From positions 933,348,001 through 933,412,000 of the forward strand of contig NW_027362762.1 in the NCBI RefSeq assembly GCF_046119375.1: a stretch of DNA of 64,000 bases, written 5' to 3'. Positions 23,305 to 35,200 of the stretch are shown one piece after another. Source of the DNA: Phyllobates terribilis (taxonomy: Eukaryota). The position numbers and the translations under genes were made by a program. Every line of letters starts with the position of its first letter. Within the stretch, counting starts at the first letter, position 1. Below the pieces are notes generated by a model that was not told the DNA's origin, searched no databases, and saw only the letters and a program-made list of their open reading frames with translations.

Positions 23305-24257
23305 CTGAAATAAAAAATTAACATATGAAGTAAATAGGTGTGGAGATATACGTGTACATATATGAAGTCAGTCATAGGGCCCATAGCAAAAAAGAATCTG
23401 TTTAAATTCCCCTACTACTTCATCTTTATTAATATAAATATCAATTATGTTGTCGGGGTAATATCTACCATCTGTCGAATTCTGTATGAAATGATTACAA
23501 AAGATATAGACAGATATATTATGGAGAGGAGGGGAGGTAATGATCGTTGTAAACTTCTAAATTGGACATGAAGGCATTCTCATAATCTGGGGTCAAACTC
23601 GTACCCATTGTGGTTCTCAGAGACAGCATATTGTATTTTGAAGATTAATTTTACTTGCAATGTTAAACAGCTGTTTAAGAATTTGCTTTACTCATTCGGT
23701 GTGGTTTTCCTGGTTTGATAAATTCTATAATTTTGGGAACCTACAAGCACATGGTGTTGAATCCTTAAGTGGGTAAACCTGTATGCAATGAATTCCACTA
23801 AGTGGAGAATGCAGGTAGCTTTATGGATAACGGCACCACGCCAAAACACTCAGATTTCAGGGCGAGCGCCACTTGCCATGAAGTCCCTGCCCTAACACGA
23901 TGACCTGATATGCTACTTTAGGCCTGCTGGAACACACACAGGAGGTGCAATCACATCACCACATTGCTCCCTCCACCTGCACATGGACTTAACGGTGCAG
24001 TAATGCCTTATATGATCTACAGTCTATCACTTTATGACGGTAATATTGTTCTTTGTCATTTCATACAATGGTTTTTATTCAGTAACAGCAGTGCCATCTG
24101 CCGAGGTGCCCACTATAGTTATGGTGCGCTTCTGTAGTTGTAAACATACGTGAGTTGGGAGCCCACTTTGAAGTTTGTGGCCCTCACACCATCATGAGCT
24201 TCTAGCTACTCCTCACAGGTCCAGCAGGGCTACTAATCGCAAATATCACCATATAAT

Positions 24258-24686
24258 TGTTAGAACCCTCCTGTTAGTTTTTTCCATCTTGTGTTTTGCA
24301 GTCACGTGACCATCTGCCTTTATATTCCAGCTCCGCTCTTCTGGCTTTGCTGGACTTCAGTGTTCTACTGTCTCTCTAGCCTGGTGCTTCGGTGCCTTTC
24401 TCTGTCAGTTTGCTTGGTCCTCTGGGACCTCTAGTACTTTTTGTCAGTTTGTCCTTTTTGCTCTGCAACAACTTCTGTTAGGAGGTGTCCCATTTTTGTC
24501 CCAGTCCTTAGTTCTTTTAGGGACCCCTCCCTTAATTCTATAGGTCTTCGTTCAGACTAGCCGAGGACTAAGGCGGGTCTGTTCACTAGGAACAGGCAGC
24601 CCGCTACATCGTAGGGATTCAGCTTAGTCTTACTGTAGGGAAAGCTTTCCCCTATCTTTCCTTAGTTCTTGTTGCAGATCATAACA
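24258..24686. mobile_element. Solo LTR (429 bp) in the last CRYZL1 intron
   Basis: TGTTAGA...CATAACA with a perfect 5-bp TSD ATAAT (24253-57, 24687-91). Confidence 0.75.
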
Positions 24687-24761
24687 ATAATCCAAGCCCA
24701 ACTCTTCTACAGAAGTCATTAGAAAATTACCAAAAATGGACAATATACCGAATTTTCTTAC

Positions 24762-24807
24762 CTGAATATTCCACCCCCCAATTTGTCCATAATATCTTTT
24801 AGGATAT
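24762..24807 (-). CDS. CRYZL1: CRYZL1 coding exon 11
   Basis: 46 nt, (H)ILKDIMDKLGGGIF(R). Preceded by an AC acceptor and followed by GTAAG. Confidence 0.92.
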
Positions 24808-25456
24808 GTGAGGGATACAGTTAAGGGTTTACTTGATTTTGTACAGAATTAACATAACATGGTGGTGGCCTCAAAGAGGACCTGCCACTTACCGTAAAAT
24901 AAGTATTTTGCTTTTTACCTGCTGTGAATGCCGCTATTTTCCTGACTCTGGCGTTTTTCTTTCTTTTCCTCTTCCCTGTATATAAATCTAGTCTGGTTAG
25001 CCAAGTGGCGTCTTCTTGAGGACCACACCTAGGTGCTTTACAAGGCTAGATTTATATACAAGGAAGGGGAGGCCATATCTCAGGAATGGAGTGGTGCAGG
25101 ATCAAAAAGAAAAAAAAAACAAAAAACAAAAAAAACACCAGATTCAGAATAATTGCAGCACTTTACACCAATTAAAAAAAAAAAGTCCGTACTTCCCACA
25201 TACACTGGAACTCACTTCCCCAACTAATTAGATAATTTCCAAGCATCCCGATCTTCTAAAGCAACCTTACAAGAAAAACTTACGTCCGGCAATAGAGTAC
25301 AGTATGAGCAGCTTCTACCTTCACCTGCACGGAAATGTCATTCTCTCCAGCAGGGTCCTCTCCCCTTTAATCTCAGGTTTATCATACTTGTTTATTGTGC
25401 ATGTATCAGAAAATCTATCACAAAAACACAGATCATTGTACATTATAAAAGGATAT
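24808..25456 (-). other. U12-type AT-AC intron (649 nt)
   Basis: The 5'SS is ATATCCTTTT (25456-25447), the branch site is CCCTTAAC (24827-24820) and the 3' end is ...CTCAC. Splicing here keeps the CRYZL1 frame. Confidence 0.93.
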
Positions 25457-25562
25457 GAAGATATTTTCCTTGCTGAGAACTTGACAGGTTCCAGGTTTCC
25501 TCATTGAGGTATGAAAGTGACGCACCTTTAAGGAAGAGAATATTGCTGTCCGGTGGATCAAG
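25457..25562 (-). CDS. CRYZL1: CRYZL1 coding exon 10
   Basis: 106 nt, [35 protein letters not shown]. Confidence 0.93.
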
Positions 25563-27548
25563 CTGAAATCAAATGGAAAAAAAACCAAACACTTAACAAG
25601 TCTGATGAAGCTTGTAGTTCCAGGATCATTATTCTGAAATGTACCGGGGTCAGACCCCCAATATAACGTTTTTTGTTTTTTTTCTCATGGGGCTGGGTGG
25701 CCATTGCGATGCAGGGGAGACAGACTGGGTCATCTTCACATGACAAATGGCTGCGTTTTTTACATACGAGGTTCTGAAAAAAAAAGGAATCTGGAATTTT
25801 CCATCTATCCATTTCTTTATTAAAGGGTCATTCCCAAAAGCATAATGTAGTCTCAGTTTTCTCAAGATGCTGAATTATGTGTGCCAATCTATTAAATCTT
25901 CACTAATTTTTAGCTATCACCCCCAGCCCCAGTCATGACCCGACCCCAGGGTTCTCTTTAACCTTCCATTACTGCTGGATCTATCCTCCAGCAGTACTTA
26001 TGCAGTCGGCCGTGTATGATCAGATGGACCCAATGGCTCCGTATATATGAAACATCCGACAGCTGGTTTGCAGCACAGCTCTGCTACGCTATGCTGAAGA
26101 TCCCACGGATATCTGCTGCAATTTGCAGCTAATGACCCGTCTAATTCATGAAAAAAAGATGCACCTAATGACCCAGTCTAATAAAACATCCCCCAGATAT
26201 TCTCACGGCATCCCCATGCTCCCGACAGCCGAGTTGCAGCACAGATCAGCTGCGCTATGCTGAAGATCCCACTGATACCAGATAACATTTGCACCTAATG
26301 ACCCTGTCTAATAAATGAAAAAAAAAAGATGCACCTAATGACCCTGTTTAATAAAACATCTCCCAGACACTTTCATGGAATCCTCATGGCGCAGACATCT
26401 GGGATGTACCACAGCTCAGCTATGCTATGCTCTACATGCAGGGGCGATCATGATCACGCACTGAAAATTCCCATGAACCACCAATATAATGTGGTTTCGG
26501 GAGCTTCTAGCTATGCCTCCCTGTTTAATATCTTTCTGTACATCTCTTATGTCTATACACAATATATTTCTGATATTTTCCACAATGTCAACTTCACTCG
26601 TCTGTGCAACTACATAAGGCACCTACGGAAAAATTCTAAAATTGTAAGGCTACGTTCACACGTTGTGTGCTCGCTGCATTTGTTATGCAAATTAAAAGCT
26701 GCTTTTTACAGTAGCAGCAAAAGCTATGAAATTTCAGAAATCTCATGCACACACGGGTTTTTTCCTGACCAAATTGGAAAACTGCTGCTTTTTTGAAAAC
26801 TCACACTTTTCAGCTTTTTTTGCAGAGTTTTTTTTTTTCACCCATAGAAAGCAATGAGTAAGTGCAAAAATGCCCCAAAAAAAATAGATCAGTTTTTGCA
26901 GCATTTTTAATGAAATAAGAAAAAAAAAAAAACACGTACAGCAGGATGTGAAACCCACTTATTTTTGTGATTTTTCCAAGTATAAACCAAAATGTCTTGG
27001 TCTCCTCACCTGAGCAGGAATCTTACTATTCAGACAGTTTAATGATATGTGTGAAAGTAAAAGCCTGAGCAACTCCATTCTCTGCCAATGACTTATGCAA
27101 ACTATGCCTGACCAATACACCTCCCCCCGCTGTTTTTACATTTGCAATTGTGTATTTTTTCATAAATTTTTTTTTTTTTGTTCAGAAGAGTCACTATTGT
27201 TTCAGATATATATATAAAAAATTCCACTAAATAATTTGATCAAATTGTCCTTTTTTTCCCAAAAATGTTTCATGGTTTCACATATATGTCTTACACTGGT
27301 GGCCTAACACCTTGCGTTGTTCATAATTGTACGGTGGAAGCAAAGCTGAAGTTTGGGATCTTGACAAACGTAGCAAAAAAGCCAGCAAAACCTGCTTTTT
27401 TTGTCTGCAGCTTTTTTACTGCCAAGAGGTCAGGTTTTGGCTGCAGAAAAAAAAAAAGCAGCAAAAAAGCAAAAGTATGAACATAGCCTAAATCCTTTTA
27501 AATAAAAATAAAAATTTTGCACTGAGAATTACTTGTGATAGTTTGTAC

Positions 27549-27667
27549 CTGAAGATGTTGCTCTCTCGTTACCCAGTGGCTTCCGACAGCGAGAAGAGAG
27601 AGGATTTCATGTTTGTGCGGCAGAAGCGATGGTTTTGTAATGGAGCCTCCGGTGTTGTACATTATCA
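27549..27667 (-). CDS. CRYZL1: CRYZL1 coding exon 9
   Basis: 119 nt, AG/GT bounded, (V)[39 protein letters not shown]. Confidence 0.92.
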
Positions 27668-28497
27668 CTGGGAAAAGAGAAATGCCTCCAATTACAGATG
27701 TACAATCTGCACTGACACTGACGCTTTTCTTCCTGACTCGCCCAGGAGGATCACTCTCAGCGGAGCAGCCGCTCTCTCCCCCTGTATGTCATGTGCACTG
27801 GCTCCATTGCCTTATACATGCACACGGTGTCTGCACCTCCTGTCGGCAGTATACAGTCCTGACTTATCTGTCTGACAGTGGCCAATCTTCATGGATGCTG
27901 TGGCCAGAGCCGGCTCCGGGATGACGTTTGCCCCTTGAGTCCCACCCAGTGCACCAATCTTGCTTTTACTATGTTTTATTAACATATAGAGTTGTATCAG
28001 GTCTTGTTTTTGTTTTTTTTTGCAGTTTTTATCATCACCATTTTTAAAGTCCATGTGACTTTCTGATCGCTTTTTATTCCAATTTTTTTGGGAGAGGCCA
28101 AGTGACTAAACATCAGCGATTCTGTCATTTTGATTTTTGTTTTCTTTAGCCGTTCACTGTATGGGATAAATATTTCTAAGATTTCATTTGCTCGGACAGT
28201 TCCGCACACGGAGATACCATATTTGGATGAGTTTTTTAATCCACTGGGAGAATATACAATTAGAGCTGCTAATTCAATAACAGCATACAGAGATCCTAAA
28301 AAACTATGGTGCAGAAAGAATATTGGAAACATACAGAAAACTTTATATCATGTCATGAAGAACAGTTATTTATTAAAACCAAGTATCCCTTTAAAAAAAG
28401 CAAAAACAACAAAAAAAAAACCCACTAATTTTAGAGCTGATCAGAGGGACCCCAGGAAACTTAACACCTATCCCTTCCAGAACCGGATATCACTGAC

Positions 28498-28596
28498 CTC
28501 CAGCATCGATGATTATGTCAAACCCCAGTCCTCCGGTCTCCTCGATGCCTTTGTCGGTCAGATTTACGTTGCCTTTAGACACATCAATAATACGGG
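28498..28596 (-). CDS. CRYZL1: CRYZL1 coding exon 8
   Basis: 99 nt, (A)RIIDVSKGNVNLTDKGIEETGGLGFDIIIDAG. Confidence 0.93.
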
Positions 28597-28795
28597 CTGG
28601 AAACAAGAAGACACATTTGCTTACTTTGGATGGTTCTCATCACTTGAGTTCTTGGGTCTCATGGATAGAAAGTCGCTTTTTATAAAGCAGCCAATTTGAA
28701 TAAGCAGAGCTGCAGTGTAAAGTTTAGGGGACACGGTGGACTTCTCTTATGAAATAGATTTCTAAAGCTAGACCTAGTACACGGGCAGATCTCAC

Positions 28796-28907
28796 CTACA
28801 GGGGGTCTTATTTTATCCAGATACTGCTTGTCCTTCTCGCTGTGTGCGGTTGTGACCACAGTGGCTCCTCTATGATGGGACAGCTGAATAGCCAGCGTGC
28901 CAAAAGG
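28796..28907 (-). CDS. CRYZL1: CRYZL1 coding exon 7
   Basis: 112 nt, PFGTLAIQLSHHRGATVVTTAHSEKDKQYLDKIRPPV. Confidence 0.93.
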
Positions 28908-29384
28908 CTGGAAAAATATATAAATTATAGTAGATCAGTAATATTAAAATACTAAAAGTCTATAGGATATAAAAGAATGAATGTGAAATAAAAATAGTAA
29001 AAGTACCAAAATATTAAATAGTAATACCATAAATTATTGTTCATTTATTCCGATGTAATATTTTATTTCATTATTATATCTTAAATATTACAATTTATAT
29101 AAATAGAAAAGTAATAGTATATAAAAGTAATACAAAATAAAAGGGCACACTAATATTCATTTAAATTTGTACTATTTAATGTTAGTATTTTTCACTAGAT
29201 CAGTAACCTAAAATAATTGTTATTTATCCTATTGCTATTCACTATTTGATTACTTAATTTTTTTACATTTATCTTATGTTCCTATAATAAGTAGATTTTT
29301 TATTTTTTTTAAATCCTCCATATAGTTTTAGAGATCTGGTCTTTTTTATTTGGTATTTTATGGTCCTTCCAAGGCAGCGTGGTT

Positions 29385-29871
29385 AACAGGATTCCAGGGG
29401 GGAGGGGCGGCGTGCTTCACAGGATTCCAGGGGGGAGGGAGGGGCGGCGTGCTTCACAGGATTCCAGGGTGGGAGGGAGGGGCGGCGTGCTTCACAGGAT
29501 TCCAGGGTGGGAGGGAGGGGCGGCGTGCTTCACAGGATTCCAGGCGGGCGGCGTGCTTCACAGGATTCCAGGGTGGGAGGGAGGGGCGGCGTGCTTCACA
29601 GGATTCCAGGGTGGGAGGGAGGGGCGTGCTTCACAGGATTCCAGGGTGGGAGGGAGGGGCGTGCTTCACAGGATTCCAGGGTGGGAGGGAGGGGAGTGCT
29701 TCACAGGATTCCAGGGTGGGAGGGAGGGGAGTGCTTCACAGGATTCCAGGGGGGGCGGGCGGCGTGCGTCACAGGATTCCAGGGTGGCAGGGAGGGGAGT
29801 GCTTCACAGGATTCCAGGGTGGGAGGGAGGGGCATGCTTCACAGGATTCCAGGGTGGGAGGGAGGGGCATG
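29385..29871 (+). repeat. G-rich minisatellite, left part
   Basis: About 14 units of ~35 bp: (GCG)TGCTTCACAGGATTCCA plus GGGTGGGAGGGAGGGG variants. Confidence 0.95.
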
Positions 29872-30873
29872 TGTGGCACCCCAGGGGTCTGGTTTCCACA
29901 GTAACGGCAATGTTATGTCTGAGAGCAGGTGGGAGGTCTCTTGGTCAGGGATCCTGTGCATGCCACACCTCCTGCCCAGTCCTGGGAGGGGAAGAACTTC
30001 CCCTATAAAAACCTAGGGCTGAGGCAGGGTTAGTGAGTAGAGAAGAAGTAGAGACAGAGAAGAGAAGCAGCATAGGAAGAAACAACAGGAGCTCTGTGGG
30101 AGCAGTACTACAAAGAGTCAGGGGCTGGCAGCTGCAGAGCTCGCCCTGACTGAGAAGCTATCACCGGACCTGGAGTCCGAGGCTGTGGGGACTAACTCCT
30201 ATCCAGCAGCAGAAACCGACCGGCAGGGGATTTCAGGTCCTCTGGCCAAGAAACCCGAAGGCACGGTCACACGCGTGGGACCAGCACCGCCGTCGTGGAG
30301 CGGAAGCTACTAGAAGGCCCCGAGTCACCGGCCATACGGGTGAGCACCACACGGTACACTCAGGGACGTGGGCTACTTATACCCGCCTCTAGCAAGGTAG
30401 CCAGAAGAGTACAGTTAGTTTGGGAGGCCTACAACTCCGCCTGGCCAGGGGAGATCCCATCTGCTCAAGGACTGACCAGGCCCCAATCGCTAGCCAGTAC
30501 TCCGGGAGGGTCTATCTTTGTCACCAGTAAAGACCCTGAACTACACCGTACCGTCTCCGAGTGGTTCCTGCTACCCCCATCATCCACGTCGGCTGCCCTG
30601 AGGCCATACCCCTCCCGTTGGGGGTGATACTATCACGCTGCACAATCCTACCACCGGCCTCAGCGGTCTGCCCTGCAGCGGCAGCTCCTTCGCTGCATTC
30701 AACGGGTGGCGTAGTCGTACAACATCTACCACTAATACAGCGCCACTTAGTCTGACTCCCTGGGCACGGACCGGGTCACCGCCACGAGACTACAACCCTC
30801 AACAGATCCGGCTCCGGGTAAGCTCCCGCGTGCGCAACGCTGCGCGACACAGGCCCAGGGGTGCGTCAACTTT

Positions 30874-30892
30874 TGGCGTAGTCGGCAGGATT
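30874..30892 (+). other. Primer-binding site, tRNA-Ser
   Basis: TGGCGTAGTCGGCAGGATT is complementary to the vertebrate tRNA-Ser(AGA/TGA-type) 3' end AATCCTGCCGACTACGCCA. Confidence 0.9.
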
Positions 30893-31308
30893 TCGTGCCC
30901 GCAACCACCGGGTACTGCGTGCCTGAAAAAGACTGTTCAAACTTACCAGTGGTGAAGATTCCCGCCATCCGGCGCCATCTTCAGCCTTCCTCCCGCCATC
31001 GGTGAAGATTCCCGCCATCCGGCGCCATTTTCAGCCTTCTTCCCGCCTTCCGTGGAGTTTTCCCGCCGTTGGACGCCATCTTGAAGACGCCGCGCGGGAA
31101 GAAGAGGGGCGTGGACTCCAAAAGCGCGCGAGAACTGAAGCCCCGCCTCACGTCCAGACGTCGCGTAAGGTCCTGGAAGGAGCCCAGCAGACGCTGACGT
31201 CACAGGAGCGCGACGGAAGGTCCTCAACCCTGACGATCCACTGCGGAGCCGCGGCCTACGGAAGAGGATCATCGCAAGGTAGGCCACGGTCCACTAGGGG
31301 GGAGAAGG

Positions 31309-32289
31309 ATGTCGGATACGGAGGAGAGCTTCACCGCTTCAACCCCCGCCAGCGCCACCGCTGTTGCGGTCATGCCTTTCACCATGCCCTATATCCCGGG
31401 GGCAGCCTGGCTACCCCAGTACTCAGGGGAGTCACATACCCTGCATGACTTTAGAGAAAAGCTGGATAGCCTCTTCCAGGTGTATCCCCTCACAGAGGAG
31501 CAAAAAGTGAGCATCCTGGTGGCCCAATTAACCGGGGCAGCCCAAAGGGAGGTAAAGTCCTGGCCACCTGGGAGGAGGACTGTCGCAGAGATACTAACCC
31601 GGCTGAGGGACACCTTTGATACCCGCACCTCAGCCGAGATCAAGCTTAGATTCTACGGGTGCAAACAGCGGGCACATGAGAGTATAAGGGACTATGCCCT
31701 GAACCTACAAGAGGCCCTGAGAGCCATTAAGCAGACCGACCCTGACGGCGTGGGAGACGAGGACAGGCTGTTGACTGAACAATTTATAGAGGGTTTATAT
31801 TGCAATACCCACCGAACCCAGTTGCGGGCAATGGCCTTACAGGACCCTCATCTGGGATTTGCACAGTTCAAGGACAGAGCCATCCGGGTGCTCCGAGAAC
31901 CGGCACCAGGTGGCGTTGTGACCCACAGACGCCCCACTACCACTTACCACCAGGAGGCGGCACCCATCTCGGCAGGGCCTGTGGGAGCTGATGCGCAGGC
32001 TTTGAACAATGACCCGGCTCCAGACCTGCACCATCAGGTCCAAGAGCTAGCTAAAAGCGTTGCCGCGCTAACCCGAACTGTGCAGTCTTTACAGGTTTCC
32101 AATCCAGGGAAGATCCAGCTGGCATCCGGACCGGAGGACATCCCGTGGCGTCGACCAAGGAGGACCCCACCGGCCAGAGGAAGACCCAGCGACCGATACA
32201 ACGAGGACGGACAACCCATCTGCCGCCGCTGCAATCAACCCGGACATATGGCAAGGTACTGTCCTTTAAACTGGCACAACCTGGGGTAG
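31309..32289 (+). CDS. Gypsy Gag (326 aa) with CCHC zinc knuckle
   Basis: Open ORF with CRRCNQPGHMARYC near the C-terminus. Confidence 0.9.
   Translation: MSDTEESFTASTPASATAVAVMPFTMPYIPGAAWLPQYSGESHTLHDFREKLDSLFQVYPLTEEQKVSILVAQLTGAAQREVKSWPPGRRTVAEILTRLRDTFDTRTSAEIKLRFYGCKQRAHESIRDYALNLQEALRAIKQTDPDGVGDEDRLLTEQFIEGLYCNTHRTQLRAMALQDPHLGFAQFKDRAIRVLREPAPGGVVTHRRPTTTYHQEAAPISAGPVGADAQALNNDPAPDLHHQVQELAKSVAALTRTVQSLQVSNPGKIQLASGPEDIPWRRPRRTPPARGRPSDRYNEDGQPICRRCNQPGHMARYCPLNWHNLG
32265..32271 (+). other. -1 ribosomal frameshift slippery heptamer
   Basis: T TTA AAC is in the gag frame (X XXY YYZ), and pol lies in the -1 frame overlapping the gag end. Confidence 0.75.
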
Positions 32290-35200
32290 AGGGCCAAACC
32301 CCAGGAAAAAGATCATCAGGCCCATCGAACTGGCGCGACAGATATGTGGGAGGACGTCCAGTCTTGCCTGTGGTACTGGATGGCATCCCTATGAGTGCCC
32401 TATTGGACACCGGGTCACAGGTCACCACTATCCCGTACGTGCTCTTCAAGCAGTACTGGAATGACTCGGATATCACCCGCTACCCTGACGACGACTTGAG
32501 TATCATCGCCAGCAATGGTCAGCCCGTGCCACAGATTGGATTTAAAGAGGTGACCATTAAAATCGGTAGAGTCGAACTGGCAGCACAGGGACTGATCATT
32601 GTAGACATTGACAAACACGAGAGTCACCCAAAGATAACTCTAGGAACTAATGTAATTGAAAATTGTCTTGCAGAGGTGATTTTCCTTTTACAACAGGTTG
32701 CCAAGAACGCCAGCTCCGGCAAGCAGCGAGTGCTCCAGAAAGAGATCCGGGCACTGATGCGACGGCAACAGATAGAACTCTCCGGTGGTGAGATTGGTAG
32801 CGTAAGAATGTGTGACCCTTTCCCTATTGCCATGCCCCCAAAAAGTGAAATGATGATTTGGTGCCGGGCAGCTATTGGTCTGAGAGGTAGAGATTACCAG
32901 GCAATGGTAGAACCAGTTTACTCAGACAGTAGGCCGACCATTTTGACAGCACGGGGGGTGGTCAATGTACGCCATGGGAGGGTGCCCGTTCGCATAATAA
33001 ATATCGGGAAGAGGGAAGTGTACCTGCCCCGGTATGCCACGCTAGCCAAATTGTATACCATCAATCAAAATTCCATACAGTCCGTAGAACCCTTGCCTCC
33101 ATCTTCCCCGGAGGAAGGTAACGGCTCTAAAGAAACAATGGAGGACTGGTGTCAGCAACTACATTTGGGTACTGACTCCACTCCCTCACACCAGAAACAG
33201 GGAGTCTATCGGGTGGTTCAAGAGTACGAGAGAGTGTTTAGTAAACACCCGTTAGACTTCGGGCGAGTCAAAGGGGTAGAACACCACATCCCCACGGGAG
33301 ACCATCCTCCCATAAAAGAGAGGTATCGACCCGTACCCCCTGCACACTACCAACACGCCAAGGGGATGCTTAGGGACATGAAGGAGGCTGGGGTGATCAG
33401 GGATAGCTGTAGCCCCTGGGCAGCTCCACTAGTCTTAGTCAAAAAGAAAGACAACACCATGAGGATGTGTGTAGATTACCGGAAAATTAACCGTATCACA
33501 CACAAGGATGCGTACCCCTTACCAAGGATAGAGGAGTCTTTGGCTGCTTTAAGATCTGCTAACTTCTTCTCTACCTTGGATCTCACTAGCGGGTACTGGC
33601 AGGTTCCTGTAGCAGAGGCGGACCGGGAGAAGACCGCATTCACCACCCCGATGGGACTTAGCGAGTTTACCTGCATGCCGTTCGGACTCTGCAACGCACC
33701 GGGAACCTTCCAACGATTAATGGAGTGCTGTCTGGGCCACAGAAACTTCGAGACAGTCCTGTTGTACCTGGACGATGTCATCGTATATTCCAAGACTTAT
33801 GAGGACCACCTGAAACACCTGGCGGAAGTGTTTTAAGCCGTAGCTTGCCAGAGCTTCGAGGTAAAACCCTCCAAGTGTCACCTCTTGAAACCAAAGGTGC
33901 AGTACCTGGGACACGTGGTGAGCGCTGACGGAGTGGCTCCCGACCCTGATAAGATCACCGCAATTAAGGAATGGCCAAGTCCCTCCAGTGTAAAGGAAGT
34001 GCGGCAGTTCCTCGGGTTGGTAGGCTATTACCGCAGATTCATCCCCGGTTTCACCAAAAAGGCAGATCCTATGCAGGACCTCATGATAGGCCAGTCCCGG
34101 AAGGCCAAGAACCAGAAGCCGCCCTTCAAATGGGAGAAGTTAGAAGAAGAGTCCTTCCGCCAGCTGAAGATGGCCCTCACGGGGGATGAAATCCTGGCGT
34201 ACCCTGATTACAGCCAGCCCTTTATCCTCTACACCGACGCAAGTAACATCGGGCTAGGAGCCGTACTGTCCCAGATCCAGCAGGGGAAAGAACGAGTAAT
34301 CGCTTACGCTAGCCGAAAACTGCGACCCACCAAAAGAAACCCTGAGAATTACAGCTCATTTAAGCTAGAGTTCCTGGCAGTGGTGTGGGCAGTCACCGAA
34401 CGCTTTAAGCACTACCTCGCTTCTTCCCGGTTCACCGTGTACACGGATAACAACCCGTTGACACACCTGGACACGGCAAGACTCGGTGCCCTACAGCAGA
34501 GATGGATGGCCCGTCTGTCCAACTACGAGTTCACAATCAAATACCGGGCAGGACGCTCCAATACCAACGCGGACGCCCTGTCCAGGATGCCAAACCTACC
34601 GGACGTAGGAGAAGATCCAGAGGGACTGGAAGAAGTCGAACTCCCCGCGTTCCACCGTCATGGGACTATCCAGTATTCCCATCGGGTAAGGAGTAAGCAA
34701 GCCGCTACGTTTAACCCCTTGCCTCACTACAACTGGGAGGAAACGCAAGACAGTGACCCTGCCGTCCGGCTGGTAAAGGAGATGCTGACTCGGCCAGAGG
34801 CTCGCCTTGACCCAGACGCTCCGGAGGAAGCCAAGCAACTGTGGGCTGAGAAGAGTCGACTGTTCCTTTACAAGGGGAAGTTGTGCCGCAGAATGGTTAA
34901 CTCCCGGACGCATGAACTAATCTGGCAAGTAGTGGTGCCACGGAGAGACGCAGCCATGGTGATGGAGGCATACCACGACGGGGCTGGACACTTCGGATGG
35001 AAGAAGCTGGAGTTCCTGCTGCGTGGGCGGTTCCACTGGGTAGGCATGAGGGGAACCATCGAGAGGTGGTGCAGAGACTGTGGCCCGTGCAACCTAAGAA
35101 GGAAGGACCGTGCCAGCCAGAAGACTCCCCTGCAGTCCATCGTCACCCGGCAGCCGTTGGAACTGGTAGCCTTGGATCATGTAAAACTGACCCCAAGCAG

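Noticed and set aside
23199-23590. 13-mer GCATTCTCATAAT shared by the CRYZL1 stop region and the last intron
   Set aside because: Matches of this length are expected many times by chance in a window this size.
29350-30016. Long Gly/Arg-rich ORFs here and at 37724-38629
   Set aside because: They are open in all three frames only because the repeat unit lacks stop codons; there is no splice or codon evidence.
30295-30627. 110-aa ORF duplicated at 37189-37521
   Set aside because: It lies within the LTRs, has a GTG start and shows no recognisable domain; the duplication just reflects LTR identity.
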